Below, one piece after another: positions 28,201-42,385 of a DNA stretch of 64,000 nucleotides. The position numbers and the translations under genes were made by a program. The stretch is from contig OZ024740.1 of NCBI GenBank assembly GCA_964016885.1, positions 302,932,001 to 302,996,000 of the forward strand, given 5' to 3'. The DNA is from Eledone cirrhosa (taxonomy: Eukaryota). Every line of letters begins with the position of its first letter. Positions within the stretch are counted from its first letter, which is position 1. The notes beneath the pieces were generated by a model. The model did no database searches. It was not told the origin of the DNA and worked only from the letters and a program-made list of their open reading frames with translations.

Positions 28201-30029
28201 AATAAGATACATAATTTTTCTTCCGTACATAAATTGCAATTTAGTGTCTTGATGATAATGGTCTAGAGTCTAGATATATTGGCAATTATCATTGTAGTAA
28301 TATATTATCTAAAAGAGCAGTTACACTTCTAACCTTGACTTGCATCTTCTGATTTAATCACTAGAAACGCTGTTGAAAAAACATTCCACTCTGGACAAAA
28401 AATCACGTGGCCATTGTAAAATTTTTCATGCAGTGTATCACCGGAAAAATATACAGAGAACAGAGCGTCATTTCTGCCCAGAGAGAGAGAATAGAATTGG
28501 AATTGGGAATCTTAACACAAATTCATATAATGTTTACAATATAAACTTAAGTTTGAAATGCTTAATGTTCGTATACATAAGGTACTTTTATAGCTGAACA
28601 TAATTATTTATACAATATAACCTTATTTTTATGTTCAGTATAAATGCTACTGCTCTAGAAGAGGGAACAAATAAATATTGATCATTTACATTTCACTATA
28701 GCGATTAAGAAACACGATAATTATTGTTGGTTTGTTAAACAGAAGGGGAATTCTAAGCTATAATGAATGCGCGTGTATTAATAATGAAAATGTCGTAATA
28801 CATGAATTTTGTAATATCAAAAATAAGAAAACCACGTTCTTCTATTTAAGATAATATAGACAGATACGTTTTACTAACTAAATGTAATAAAGTAATGTAA
28901 TATTGCTGTAGTTGCAAAGACAACTTTGAGGAGAGATATGAAGCGAAATTATTCTATTGCCTCTTTTTAAAAAAAAGTTAGTTCCAAATATTTGATTTTT
29001 AAGCGTGAAAGCTGTTAAGTTGACTTTGTGATTCGTATAGTCAATACTTCTCTCTCTTTCAGTGAGTTTAATTGAGAAGAACTGATGTATACTTATATTA
29101 TTTTGTTATTTGTTATACATAAACATATCATATCAACTATATTTTACAAACAGAAGTTACACAATGATGGAAATATAAAAAAGAGATAAAAACAGAATTA
29201 TGTAATAAAAAATGGGGAAGGGCTATCGTAGAGTAGATCTGGTTGTATAGGAATGTAAAAGACTATTAATGCCATAAATGAAGAAAAAGGTGGGAAAGAG
29301 CAAGGACTACTATTTCTAAAGGGTTAGAAGTAACACGAACTAGTTAGAACATTACACCCATCACAATCAGAGAAAGCTGTGGTAAGATAAAATTACATAT
29401 ATATTGATAAAACGTAAATTTCTGTCCAAAGCCCGGAGGCTTATCTGAGTACAGAATTTCCCTTGGATAGGAAACCAACCCATTGCAGATTTAACCACCA
29501 CCTCTTCCCCAGTTGATGCTGATACTAGCTTTCAGCTAAGTGTACTGGAGCAAAATATATATATTTATATATAAGCGAAAATTAAACGGAACACAAGAGA
29601 GCAAACATTACGGTACAATGAAGACATATATAAGTTTATCATTTGTTATAATAGGAAAACATTCTTAATGTTTCGGAATTTAGTACTGCATCAGAAGATA
29701 GAATGAGAAATAATTTTAAAAAACGAGAAAGATAGAGGAGAATGAAAGGAGGAAGAAAAAGTAAAAGATTTTTTGCAGAAAGGCACGTGTGTGTTCAGTC
29801 AAACATTCTAGTCGGAAAATATGTGTTTGTGTGATTGTATATATATATATATATATATATATTAGAAGTGTTCCATTTTGTACTTCTTACATATGACCTA
29901 TTATGCACATTTTAGAGGCATTAAAATATGTCCGAGTGTTGATTTTCCTATGTGTTGTAATATATCATTGTGACTCTTCACTGGGCAGTTAGTATTCTAC
30001 TTCTGCGTTCTCTTGATGGTGGTTTATCT

Positions 30030-30065
<36 letters not shown>

Positions 30066-32020
30066 ATTCGATTCTTGGCCTAGCCGACGCGGTGTGTTCG
30101 TGAGGAAAACAATTCATTTCATGTTGTACATCTATAAAAATATACACTAGACATATCGTTATCTAATATTCTCTTGAAAATACACTGGCTTCTTTTGAAG
30201 AAACTTTATTGCAATACTTGGCGTATCGTTAATCGGGAATAAAAGAGACATTATCTCTAAACCGGAGCGAAAATATTTTGATCTCTGACAGCGATCGGCA
30301 TCCTTAAGAATGAATGAGTACGTTGCTTCTCACGTGACTCTCACTTTCTGGGTCCGAGACCTTTTTTTTCAGCCACACCCAACTAACTGCTTCTGCTGGC
30401 AGGGTAAATTTAGTGAGGGGCTAGACCGGTGGAGAGAAGATGGGCACAACGAAGCATTTCCAAAGTCCACTGAAAAACCATGATGGACACAGAGTCAAAC
30501 ATCTAGTGTGACATCCCATTGACAGTTGCACCAGTTACGGCTTTGAATGCCATTATACACAAGCACGCACACATACACATATATATATCTATATGCATTT
30601 ATATATATGTACATACGTATATGTATATATGTACGTACATATATATATATGTGCGTATATATATATGTGTGTGTGGGGGGGTGCGCGCGCGCATATATAT
30701 ACATACACAGACACATGTTTTGATAGAAGATACCAATCAGTGGAAGTAATCAGGACATGCCGCCCATGCAGAAAGGAAGTTGATATTTGTTGTACAGGTA
30801 CATAACTGTGAATATTGTCTAACAGGTACATAACTGTGAATTACATCGTAATTACATGTAATTTCATGGCTGTGAATTTGATCGTAACGCATAAATCATT
30901 AGGATTAACTTGACATAGCAATAGTTTTATGTGTTGTACAGTATACTAATATATGTGTTTCATCATCATTGTTTTATGTCCGCCTCTCCTTGTTGGCATA
31001 TGTTGGGATAGTAATTACGACTGAATGCTCTCGCCTTGCAAAGCCCGATCTTTTGAAGTTCGATATTTGATTGACTAGGTTCTATACATTGAATCCCTGA
31101 TTTCTGTGACATATATTCCATGCGGGTCATAAACAAATGCCAGCGGTTGTTCAATATATGTCAATGCACAGACTTGCGTATACAAGCATATGCATGGATA
31201 TATATTCATTTATACATTCATTCATAATTTAGGGGGCTAACTTTGTCACACACTGAGTCATAATGAATCTTCCTCAGAATTAAGTTTAAAGTAGAAATAT
31301 CTGTGCAATACTCAGGCATATACACGTTGATGACATTGACTAACTAATATATTCACCAACCAACAAGTCTTTCACCCATAAAATGTAGCATAAAGTGCAC
31401 AGAGGAACAACATAGAAACCGGGCCACAATGCACAAAGGATAAATGGAGGTAGGACCACTGGCGAGAGTTCAAAGGCAAACAAACTCGTCAGTGCTCAAC
31501 CAGTATGGGAAACAAGAACATGGTTGTTCACTCGAAAACATCAAGTTGAAAATCATCTACACGCACAGAACCAATGCAATCCTCAGACAATAAGAATAGA
31601 ACAGCAACAACACCACCAACTGACAAAATATTCTGGCACACAGAGGTGCACAAATAGAGATAAACCAACCTCACGAGAATACAAGAATAGAATACCTAGT
31701 GAAGAGTAACACAAATATTACAACACATGGGAATCAACACTCGGACATATTTTAATGCTTTTAAAAGATGCATAATAGGTCCTATGTAAGACAATAAACG
31801 GAAGTACAAAATGGAAGACTTTTCTAAGATAATCTCAATATATATATATATTGCAAGAAGAAATGACGGTTTTACATTTCCCACTTCCGTTTATTGTCCT
31901 ATTATACACATTTTAAAAGCATTAAAATGTCATTATGTAATAGTTGATTAATGCGTTGTTATCAGACAGGTGCTGAAACTGTATGTATAAAACCGTCAGT
32001 CGATTAACTAGAACGTAAAG

Positions 32021-32215
32021 AAATCTAAATGAAACCCATTGAATTCAAGCAAATACAAATCAGATTCCATCAACCAACCTCACTCAATATACACATATTG
32101 CATTAGACATAAATTAAATCTAAATGAAACCCATTGAATTCAAGCAAATACAAATCAGATTCCATCAACCAACCTCACTCAATATACACATACTGCATTA
32201 GACATAAATTAAATC
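32021..32215. repeat. 95-bp tandem duplication
   Basis: AAATCTAAATGAAACCCATTG..GACATAAATT is repeated at 32021 and 32116 with one substitution. Confidence 0.92.
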
Positions 32216-32732
32216 AAAACACCTCCTTCGTAATAATATCCAAGCCCTTTCTGTAAAGCAATAATTATTGGCGGCGACTAACGTCATTAGGCTCCAACTG
32301 TCGTATTACGTATTTTCTATATTAAACTGAAACAGCTGGAAACTATCAAGAACTATGCAAGTAAATATTTACACAAAGATATAATTTATATAATTTTCGT
32401 ATCTCATAAATTTACTTTAGCGCTCAGTACATCACGCGGTACTGTGACGTGGTGAAATATAGGTCCAGAGGAAGTTATTGTTTATTTATCCTGATTATAC
32501 ATCAGAGAATTTCATCCGAGTGATTTTTGTAATCCATTTAGAGGGCGTGTTTATTAACGAAGACAAGGGATGACTGAAAGTATATGTTAATGCATAATCT
32601 TCTACAATTGTTTCCCCGCCTCATAGTTCTCTATTGAACGTACGCAATTTGTTGACGTTACGTAATGGATAAGTATGAAATTTTGAAGATTATGCATTAA
32701 AATGTAATTACAATCATCCATTGTCAACGTTA

Positions 32733-32809
<77 letters not shown>

Positions 32810-32812
32810 CAT

Positions 32813-32846
<34 letters not shown>

Positions 32847-33085
32847 GGGTGTATATATATATATATGTGTGTGTGTATATATATGGGGGGGGGGACAAAC
32901 TACAGATTGAAGAAAAAGTGAAAAGCGAAAACACAATATATGCACAAGTACACGAACAATACGTGTAGAGTGAAAGTATTTATTCAGAATAGAAATATAT
33001 ATATGATGACTTCATCATATAAATTTTACGATGATTTCATTGTGTCAGGTGATAACTGTTTCATAGATTATAGGAGTTAGGGAAA

Positions 33086-33127
<42 letters not shown>

Positions 33128-33567
33128 TCTCTCTCTCTCTCTCCTTCGCTCTCTTTATCTCTCTCTCTCTCTCTGTATATATATATATGGTAACATATGT
33201 GTTAGTTAATCAACAGACATTATTGTATACAGAACAGAACACTCAACTAAGTATACAAGTAGGCTTGTTTATTCCGAAGTATAGTTATAATAATGAAGTA
33301 CAAGTCAACAGGTTAGGGTTTACTTCAAGTATTCATTATACAATCGCAGTTATATATATTTCAAATATAACTGTTATGCAACAGTTATGACCTCATAAGA
33401 CAGCCATTAGTTGAACAAAAATATATATATATATTCATATATATACATATATATATATATATTTTTATATATATAGAGAGAGGGGGGAGAAAGTGGGGGG
33501 TGTTTCATCACCTCGGCCTAAAAGTAATTGAACAACTATCATCTGATTAGATGAAACCATAATCTTT

Positions 33568-33733
<166 letters not shown>

Positions 33734-33745
33734 TAACAGATTAAA

Positions 33746-33794
33746 GTTTAAGCAAAGAATCGCTGCTTTCACCCTTAAAGGGATCTTCAGAAAC
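33746..33794 (-). ncRNA. minimal type I hammerhead ribozyme
   Basis: Minus strand reads GUUU-CUGAAGA-U-CCCU-UUA-AGGG-U-GAAA-GCA-(9 nt)-UGC-UU-AAAC. All three helices form; CUU triplet. Confidence 0.75.
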
Positions 33795-33835
33795 ATATAT
33801 ATGACGAAGATATATATGATATATTATATAAAATG

Positions 33836-34027
33836 CAAAGGGCGGATGATTGGCAGTATCAGTAGAGGGTCGGACGCCATGCTTTGACGCATAGAGTTAC
33901 GGTCCTTGCCATTCTGAGTTCAAATCCCGCCGAGGTTAACTTTGCCTTTCATCCTTTCGGGGTCGATAAAATAAAGTACCAGTAATACACTGGCATAATT
34001 GCTGGCCTTGTGCCAAAAGTAGAAACA
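33836..34027 (+). mobile_element. short SINE, full length, with 13-bp target-site duplication
   Basis: Core TCTGAGTTCAAATCCCGCCGAGGTTAACTTTGCCTTTCATCCTTTCGGGGTCGATAAAATAAAGTACCAG. The TSD ATTATATAAAATG is at 33823-33835 and 34028-34040. Confidence 0.85.
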
Positions 34028-34061
34028 ATTATATAAAATGTATGGCAGATTGGCGTGTACC

Positions 34062-34119
34062 TTCCTAGTTACTCTGCGTTTCGGGAATTAAGTTGGTCTT
34101 ACTCCGTTCGTCAGCAATA
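34062..34119 (-). ncRNA. degenerate hammerhead ribozyme
   Basis: Minus strand reads CUGACGA-AC-GGAGUAAG-ACCAA-CUUAAUUCC-C-GAAA-CGCAGAG-UA. Stem I is not well formed. Confidence 0.5.
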
Positions 34120-34550
34120 TACATATATCTCTATATATATATATACACACACTCTGCTCTGTATGAATATTGAGTGCTAATTTTGGCATACCGCCTATGG
34201 AAGCACCATAGATACCATTATACACGCGTATATATATATATATGTTTGTGTATATATATATATTTTTTTAAATATATATATATATATATTTAAAATATAT
34301 ATATATATATATATCACAATCATCTTTTTTTCGCCAGATTTCATATGCATATATGGATTGGCCAGGTCGTATCTAACACTGTGTGTTGCCATTTGTTTCG
34401 TTCCTGTGTCATTTTTGTGGGATTCAACATGCGAAAATCACCTTTCAACATTTCTTCCCATATCGTTCCCAGTCTCCTCTTCGATCGCTTACTTCAACAT
34501 GTATAAATTGAAAGTTATACATATTTTAAATTTGTTATCGTTTGTGCTGA

Positions 34551-34624
<74 letters not shown>

Positions 34625-34660
34625 GTGCGTGTGTACGCGTGTATATATAAATATATATAA

Positions 34661-34700
<40 letters not shown>

Positions 34701-34717
34701 GTGCGTGTGTACGCGTG

Positions 34718-34748
<31 letters not shown>

Positions 34749-35122
34749 GTGTGTTTTCATCCCCTTTTGAATGTTTGCATGAATTGGATGAGAATTATAT
34801 AAGACCGTATTCTACTGCCCAATGCCTTTCTTGAAGCCAAACCTTACTTCTTTAAGTAAAGTACCTATTTCAAATGCAAGGCAAAGACATCTACACGCGC
34901 GCGCATAAATACATAGAGACAGACACTCACAGACAGACAGAAATACACACGCACACACACACACATATATACATATATATATACAAAAATATCCACTTTT
35001 ATATATATATATATATATATATATAATTGGAAAATAGTAAAATCGAATCTCTGGCGGTTTGCAAGTAAATTCGGCCTACTTATATGAAATGATGAGTTAG
35101 CATATATATATATGATGAGTTA

Positions 35123-35171
<49 letters not shown>

Positions 35172-35854
35172 ACGCTTCCTTACAATCCGTTGGTCAGTCC
35201 TAGGCTTTAGGACAAGAAGCCTTGCTCCTATATGCGTTGATATTGGTGTAGTGATAGGTAAGTACGTGTAAGGGAGGTGTGTGTCTGTGTGTAAATAAAT
35301 ATTTGTGTTTACACTTATGTAAATGTATATAACCTGTAGAGGAGATGGGCTCTGCCAGGTTTTAAAATGCTCATGAAACGCTGTATGTTAATACAGCATA
35401 CCAACGACTCCCATGGGAGTTACGGCTCCATGTATGCACATGGGTGTAAGTGAATATATATTTGTAAATTTCTCAATAACATATGTTTTATTAAGCAAGA
35501 GGAGGCTCGTACCCACACAAATCAATGTTTTCTCCCATATACCAGTTACAACACCTTCCATTGCTAATCACTGGCTGCTTTGCTTTGGTTAAGGACGATG
35601 GTACTGATATATAAGCCTACGTGTTAATGATCCACACGTTTCCACCATGAAACTCAAGATCTGCGGATGTGCAATACATACTATGTATATATGTGCATGT
35701 GTATGTTTGTTTGTGTGTGTGCGTGTGTGTGTTCTACGATATTTATACTTGGTTGAGGCGATTACGTCTATAACCATTTACATTCACACAGCATGCGTTG
35801 ATCTTTATTTGAATACTGGTTCACGTTCTGTATATCTAGCACACCAATAGTACG

Positions 35855-35893
<39 letters not shown>

Positions 35894-35929
35894 ACGAACG
35901 TATATATTTATGTTTGCATGTATGTATGA

Positions 35930-36082
35930 GCGGCGAATTAGCTGAGTCGCTAGAGCGTCGTATAGGATGCTTTGCGGTATTCGTTCCGGTCCACTGTGGT
36001 CTGAGTTCAGAACCTACCTACATTTCATTCTTTGTAGGTCGATAAAAAAAAGTACCAGTCCAATACTAGGGTCGATTCATCC
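35930..36082 (+). mobile_element. short SINE (same family, decayed)
   Basis: GGCGAATTAGCTGAGTCG..TCTGAGTTCA..TTTCATTC..GGTCGATAAAA..AGTACCAG. Confidence 0.65.
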
Positions 36083-36127
36083 TTCATATCTCTTTCACAT
36101 TTTCTCTCTATTATTCTCTCTCTCCCT

Positions 36128-36158
<31 letters not shown>

Positions 36159-36388
36159 ACCCCCTTTCTCTCTCTCTTTCCCTTTCTCTCTTACTCTGGA
36201 AGAAATCGGCTGTGTTCAAATCTGGAGGCGGGATTGGCTCCAACAGGCTTAAATGCCTGAAACACACTGTCATTACGGCGAGTCCATAGAGAGTTATAGA
36301 TCTATACATATGTATAGATGTATGTCTGTCTGTGCATATAGATATCTGTGTGTGTATGTGTGTGTATGTGTATGCTTATGTACTTATA

Positions 36389-36463
<75 letters not shown>

Positions 36464-37326
36464 CGTGTGTGTGTGTGTGAGTGGGAAAATATATATATAT
36501 GTGTGTGTGTGTGTGTATTTGCTTATACATTCTATGAACTCACCGTAAACTATATGAATAATTTTATATTTCGTTTCCCTCTATTATTAAGTAGTTTTAA
36601 GTTGTCATTTTATAATTATAATTCCCTCCGTGTTACTGAAGATATTCGTTTTGGGGTTTAACAATTAGTAAAGCAATTTACTAATTCAGTTTATACATTG
36701 AATTTTAATTAATTTATTCGACTATTTGGGTGTGACCATACATTTTAAATTCCTCCATCAGTCTAGGAATTTGTTGTTTTTATATTCGAAGTTGCATATA
36801 ATGTTAAAAATCATGTAAAGGGATGGTTATATGTTGATATATTTCTGTGAATGGATAGCAATATGTATGAGTTTGCATACCGAAATACAAAGCGAACCTT
36901 TTATAACATTCATATAAATATATTATAGTCATATTTATTCCAGTATTTAAGCACATTTATTCCACTTTACATGCTCTCGATTGTATCAGATTAGTTTTTG
37001 GTTGGTCTTCATTTTATCAAGAAACGTTAGTTTCTACATACTAATATTGTTCATATAAACTTTGGTGAGAATTTTTTGTCAGCATTCATGATTCCATGAT
37101 TCTAGTTTGGATTGGAATTCTTTTCTTTTCTTTTTATTATTTCTGTAATATATTTTTATGCAATCAGATGATATTAAATGATATCTCTTGGAATCATTTG
37201 AATTAAACAGACTCAAGTGATATCAAATGATATCAATACATATCAGATGATTTCAAATGATTAGGTATTGTTCAGTTGCCCACACAAACACAGAAACATA
37301 TGTTTTACATAATGTCAACAGATGTA

Positions 37327-37767
37327 GCATGCTTAGTTTTGATGCCTGTCTTAATTTTACTGTGCATGTAAACAATGTTATGTGACATGAGGCATGAATT
37401 GGAATGAAGCATGCAAAACTATGCCTATAACTAGATTGGGTATGCTACCATAGACGTGTTATGATTCAAGCGTGAATGCATGAGATTTTAACTTTTTTTA
37501 AGCATCAATATCTTATGAAATGTTTGCATGTAAATATATATGAAAATGTTATGTACCTGTTTCTGAATAAGCATATGACTGACAGAATATATGCACTTCA
37601 AATATGTAGTCACACTTACACAAACACATATGCAAAGACACATGTAGTTAGAATGCTAATAAGGAGTAGATACTAATATTATGCATCATGGTAATTAAGA
37701 TTTGGATGCACTTTCAAAATGTTGCTTGTTACCATTGCATCATTCTTATTTGCATGTGATGTGCATG
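37327..37767 (+). promoter_or_regulatory. cluster of RBFOX-type (U)GCAUG intronic splicing elements
   Basis: TGCATG at 37363, 37477, 37525, 37751 and 37762; GCATG at 37327, 37392 and 37409. Confidence 0.55.
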
Positions 37768-38204
37768 ACTATTAGTTATGTATAATTCATTAGGATTTAG
37801 AAAACTTTGAAGATATTTTTTTTACTGCCAATAGACAAAATAAGCACATATCTACACAACCATGCCATTATATACAAGAATACATAGATACATTCATTTG
37901 TATTTTGCACGAAACTGGCATAAAGATAAGCAATGAAATTAGAAAATTGATAGTTTAATGTTTTTAAAAATTTCATACCTTAGGAATTATGACATCCCTT
38001 CATAATTATTTCCTATCAGTAAACAAGTCAAAATATTTTGTGAGATTTTTATTATCAATTTAGACATGAAAGGGGTTAGAAATCTTGAAAAGGTGTTTTA
38101 AAATATACTGGAATTGAAATTGGAATTTTAACATAAAATACTGATTATTTCTGAAAGGTTTTTCATGCAGATATCAATATTTAGAAATCTATACAATGTT
38201 TATA

Positions 38205-38251
<47 letters not shown>

Positions 38252-38263
38252 ATGTATATATAT

Positions 38264-38337
<74 letters not shown>

Positions 38338-38349
38338 CATATATATAAA

Positions 38350-38407
<58 letters not shown>

Positions 38408-38428
38408 ATATTATATTATATATATATA

Positions 38429-38459
<31 letters not shown>

Positions 38460-38487
38460 GTAATAATAATAAATTTGAAGACTCAAA

Positions 38488-38519
<32 letters not shown>

Positions 38520-38603
38520 AACTTGATATATACAATATATACACTCTGCTTTAGCATACAGTGATCATATTGGTACCAACTCCACAAACTTACTGAATAA
38601 CCT

Positions 38604-38662
<59 letters not shown>

Positions 38663-40845
38663 GTATGTATGTATGTATATATATATATATGCGTGAGAGT
38701 ACATATATGTATATACATATATATGTTTATGTACACATACGTATATATATACACACACACACGAATATATATATATATGTATATATATATATAACATTTT
38801 TTGCATATTGCTCCCTCTATTTTTTCATAAATCATTGACAGTTTCTCATTGCACTCATAGATCGTAACTGACAAATGGATTCAGTAATTTTATTACTTTT
38901 TGTATTACAGTTTTTATTATTCTGACACATAAAAATCTATCTATAAATATCATACCTCCCTCATGTGAACTATAACTGCAAATTTCAGATTAGATTTTAC
39001 ATTTACCAAAATAGAATAAATAAGTATACTCACTTGCATCATAGAAAGTTTTAATAGAGAAATTATTATATCATACATGTTGATTAGATTTGCCACTAAT
39101 ATATTATGAAAATATTAATAATTTTCTTTTATCTTTTTTTTAGTTGTCATTTTCTATCACTGCAAATATTATACATGGGCTGGTTGTCCAGCAAACAGTT
39201 TTAGCATATATATTGATTATTTTTTCTTCTGTAAATATCATTTTCAAAGAAGGAGGGTACAATTGACACAACGTTAGTAAATTACAGTAATTTAGTTTAT
39301 TAAACTTTGAAGGATGAAAGGCAAATTCAACAACAATGATAATTCAGTTTAGAAATAGAAGACGTGAAACTTGATAAAGTGTTTTATCCTACTCGAATTT
39401 TTCATCATATACTATTCCATCTTTTTATTTAGCATAAAGACTACTGTTTCTCTTAATTGTTCAAATTAAAATTTACCGTATAAATCGTCATTCTCTTATT
39501 TATATTTCAATTTGTATGTTCCTATAGTTAGACATTTCTTGGATAAAAATCTATAACCTTCAGATTGTTTAAATATTAATATAGGTTATCTGTTCCAGTA
39601 TATATTTAAACATCCATCAGTTTTATGTGCATATCTTCCTTATAAAATGTGAAGACAACAATTAAATTACCACAAATGGAAACTGGTGTAAACTATTTTA
39701 TAATAAGTATGAAAAGTATAAAAAGTAAAGGAACATTTTCTTTATATTTAAGTGTCTTTAACTGTTTTTAAAAAGGCTTTATATCGAATAGTTAATTCAC
39801 TTTATCATTCACAGTTACTCATTTTCCATAAAGCTTAATCCATCTACTAATATATATAAACAGAAATGCTATGGTTAATGAAATTAGATAATTATTAAAA
39901 CGTGCCCCTTTCTCAAATAATAATCGTATAATAGATAGAATTCTCTTGGGGAAATTGGTTTTCGTACAATTCTAGTTGTAAGATACCCAATATACTTCAT
40001 GACAACTATTTACTATTGCAAATATGATGGCTACGTTTTAAATTATCAATAGATTTCATCACTGGATTTATGAATCTATATATTTTTCACGAATATATTC
40101 TAATATATAATATATTTATCAAGAATTGGTCTTTCTAATAGAGATTTTTTCAATACATATTTAGAATATTTATTTTGAAACATGTTAATCTATTTAATTA
40201 CAAAATATAGCTGATAATTAAAATTGCTTTAGAAAAACCTAAAATAACAAATAAAATGTATGAAGAATTAGTGTAAATGTATATTAATATACTAGAATAT
40301 TTGGATAATTGTAATTTTTGTTAGATAATTAATATAATACCACTTATATGATAATTACAGATTCCTCCACTATTTTATTTAATTTTTCTGTTTTCTTTTG
40401 CCTTTTAGTGATAGGAGTGGCCCGATTTTCTATTTCTTTCTTCGTTCATTTCTATTATTATTTGTCTTTTTTTTTCTTTTTTTTTTTGGATGTTTAAATC
40501 AACTTTATAACTTTCTGTTACAAAATAAGAAATGTTTATGCTCACTGAAGATGTCAATTTTACCAGGTAATCATTCTCAGTGCACCCGGGATGTTATCTA
40601 AAGTTCTATAATTGCAAATGATATTGAATTTTAGAGCATGCTGCATTTTCAGAAATCTATTAGTTTGATATTTGGATGGCTTACTTGACTGGTTAATCTT
40701 GCTCTTTGTAGAATGCTGATAGTGTCAAATATTTTCCATTTGAAATATGATTGTTTAAAATTCTGTTTTACATGAGGAGTTTTTTTTCTTCTCTACCCCT
40801 ATGCAGCCAGCACTCCTCAGTTTTGGGCCGTTTTGCTTTCTCTTT

Positions 40846-40901
40846 TGCATGATTATATTGTTAATTTTTTTTTCTTCAAAAGTGCATGATGTCTTTGCAT
40901 G
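40846..40901 (+). promoter_or_regulatory. three RBFOX-type UGCAUG elements downstream of a 3' splice-site-like sequence
   Basis: TGCATG at 40846, 40883 and 40896. The pyrimidine tract and TGCAG are at 40779-40806. Confidence 0.5.
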
Positions 40902-41396
40902 AAAGATTTCCTGATTTATAATATAACTCTCTTTTTTTTGTTATTTTTTTCACCATGATGAATAAAGACTAAAAATTCTCAACATTTTGATCTACAAAAG
41001 AGAAAAAAATTATAATGAATCATAAAAAAAATGAAAATAAAAAATTACTACTGTTGAAAATAAATGTAACTTTTTTTATTGAGTTTTAACTGTTGGCTTT
41101 CTCTTTTTAATTAATAGACAGCTTTTTCTAGAAAACGTAATTTAATGAGAAATTATTTCAACCAGTTATATTTATTAAGTAGTTTCATTCTAAAATAAAT
41201 GCTTTTATGGTGATTCTAACTTGATTTAGTTATCTCAATTCTTTTGCAATTATTTGGGATAAAATTATTAATACAATTACTAATATATATGTAGTATATC
41301 TATCTGTGCATACATATATACGAACATACACACATATGCACAATAACACACACTTTCACACTCACACACACACACATACACACACAGAGATATATG

Positions 41397-41460
<64 letters not shown>

Positions 41461-42048
41461 GGTAATGGCTCTCTTACCATTATCTAAATACATACAAAAT
41501 TGCTGAAATGAATAGATGTTTAATAATCTAAGTTACTATTTATATTGATTATGCAGAAAATATTGATAGATATTTAACTCGAATTTTTGTCTTATATTTC
41601 AACAAAAATCAATGAAGATTTTAAAAATAGTTCATGAAATTATTTGCAACTATAATTTCTTACTAATTCTTTTTGTACATAAATAAATATTAGAAAAAGT
41701 TTTAATATTATATTTATTTTAAAACCTTTATAAGATGGATAATGTTACAAAATAATGATTATTTTTCATTTACCTGCCTTATTTCATCATTTAGTTAAAT
41801 TTGACTCTTTGTCAACTCAAAAACGTTATACTTTGCTTTGAAACATATATAGAAATATAAATCTGATAGTATGATAAAATGTGTCATTTGATACAACTTA
41901 TCATTTGAGTAATCACCATTAAAAGCACATTATTTCTACAGATATAAAGTTATCATGACTTGATTATATATTTCTTTGTAGTATTCTCAATGCTATTGAT
42001 ATTGTCGGTATTTATAAGTATTCTTACAATAATTTACTTGTCAAATCA

Positions 42049-42109
<61 letters not shown>

Positions 42110-42317
42110 AAAGCAGTGGATTGACAACATCGGTAGAGCGTCGGACAATATACTTTGCAGCATTGAGTTACGACCCTTTACTATCTGAGTTCAAATCCTG
42201 CCGAGGTTAGCTTTACCTTTCATCCTTAAGGGGGTCGATAAAATAAAGTACCAGTAATACACTGGGGTCGATAATTTAATTGACTTTTCCTTTCTCCTTT
42301 GTGCCCAAATCTGAAAC

Positions 42318-42320
<3 letters not shown>
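42110..42320 (+). mobile_element. short SINE (same family), inserted in an (ATT)n tract
   Basis: Family core present, with (ATT)n on both sides (42050-42108 and 42319-42383). Confidence 0.8.

Positions 42321-42385
<65 letters not shown>

Noticed and set aside
32021-32215. Tandem repeat as a CRISPR-like or functional array
   Set aside because: It has only two units and no spacers, and lies in a eukaryotic intron. It is a simple local duplication, like the short ones near 23030, 30795, 56020 and 58220.
35370-35425. CTCATGA plus hairpin GCTGTAT/ATACAGC plus palindrome ACTCCCATGGGAGT
   Set aside because: It may be an old hammerhead relic, but both core segments are mutated, so it cannot be supported as a ribozyme.
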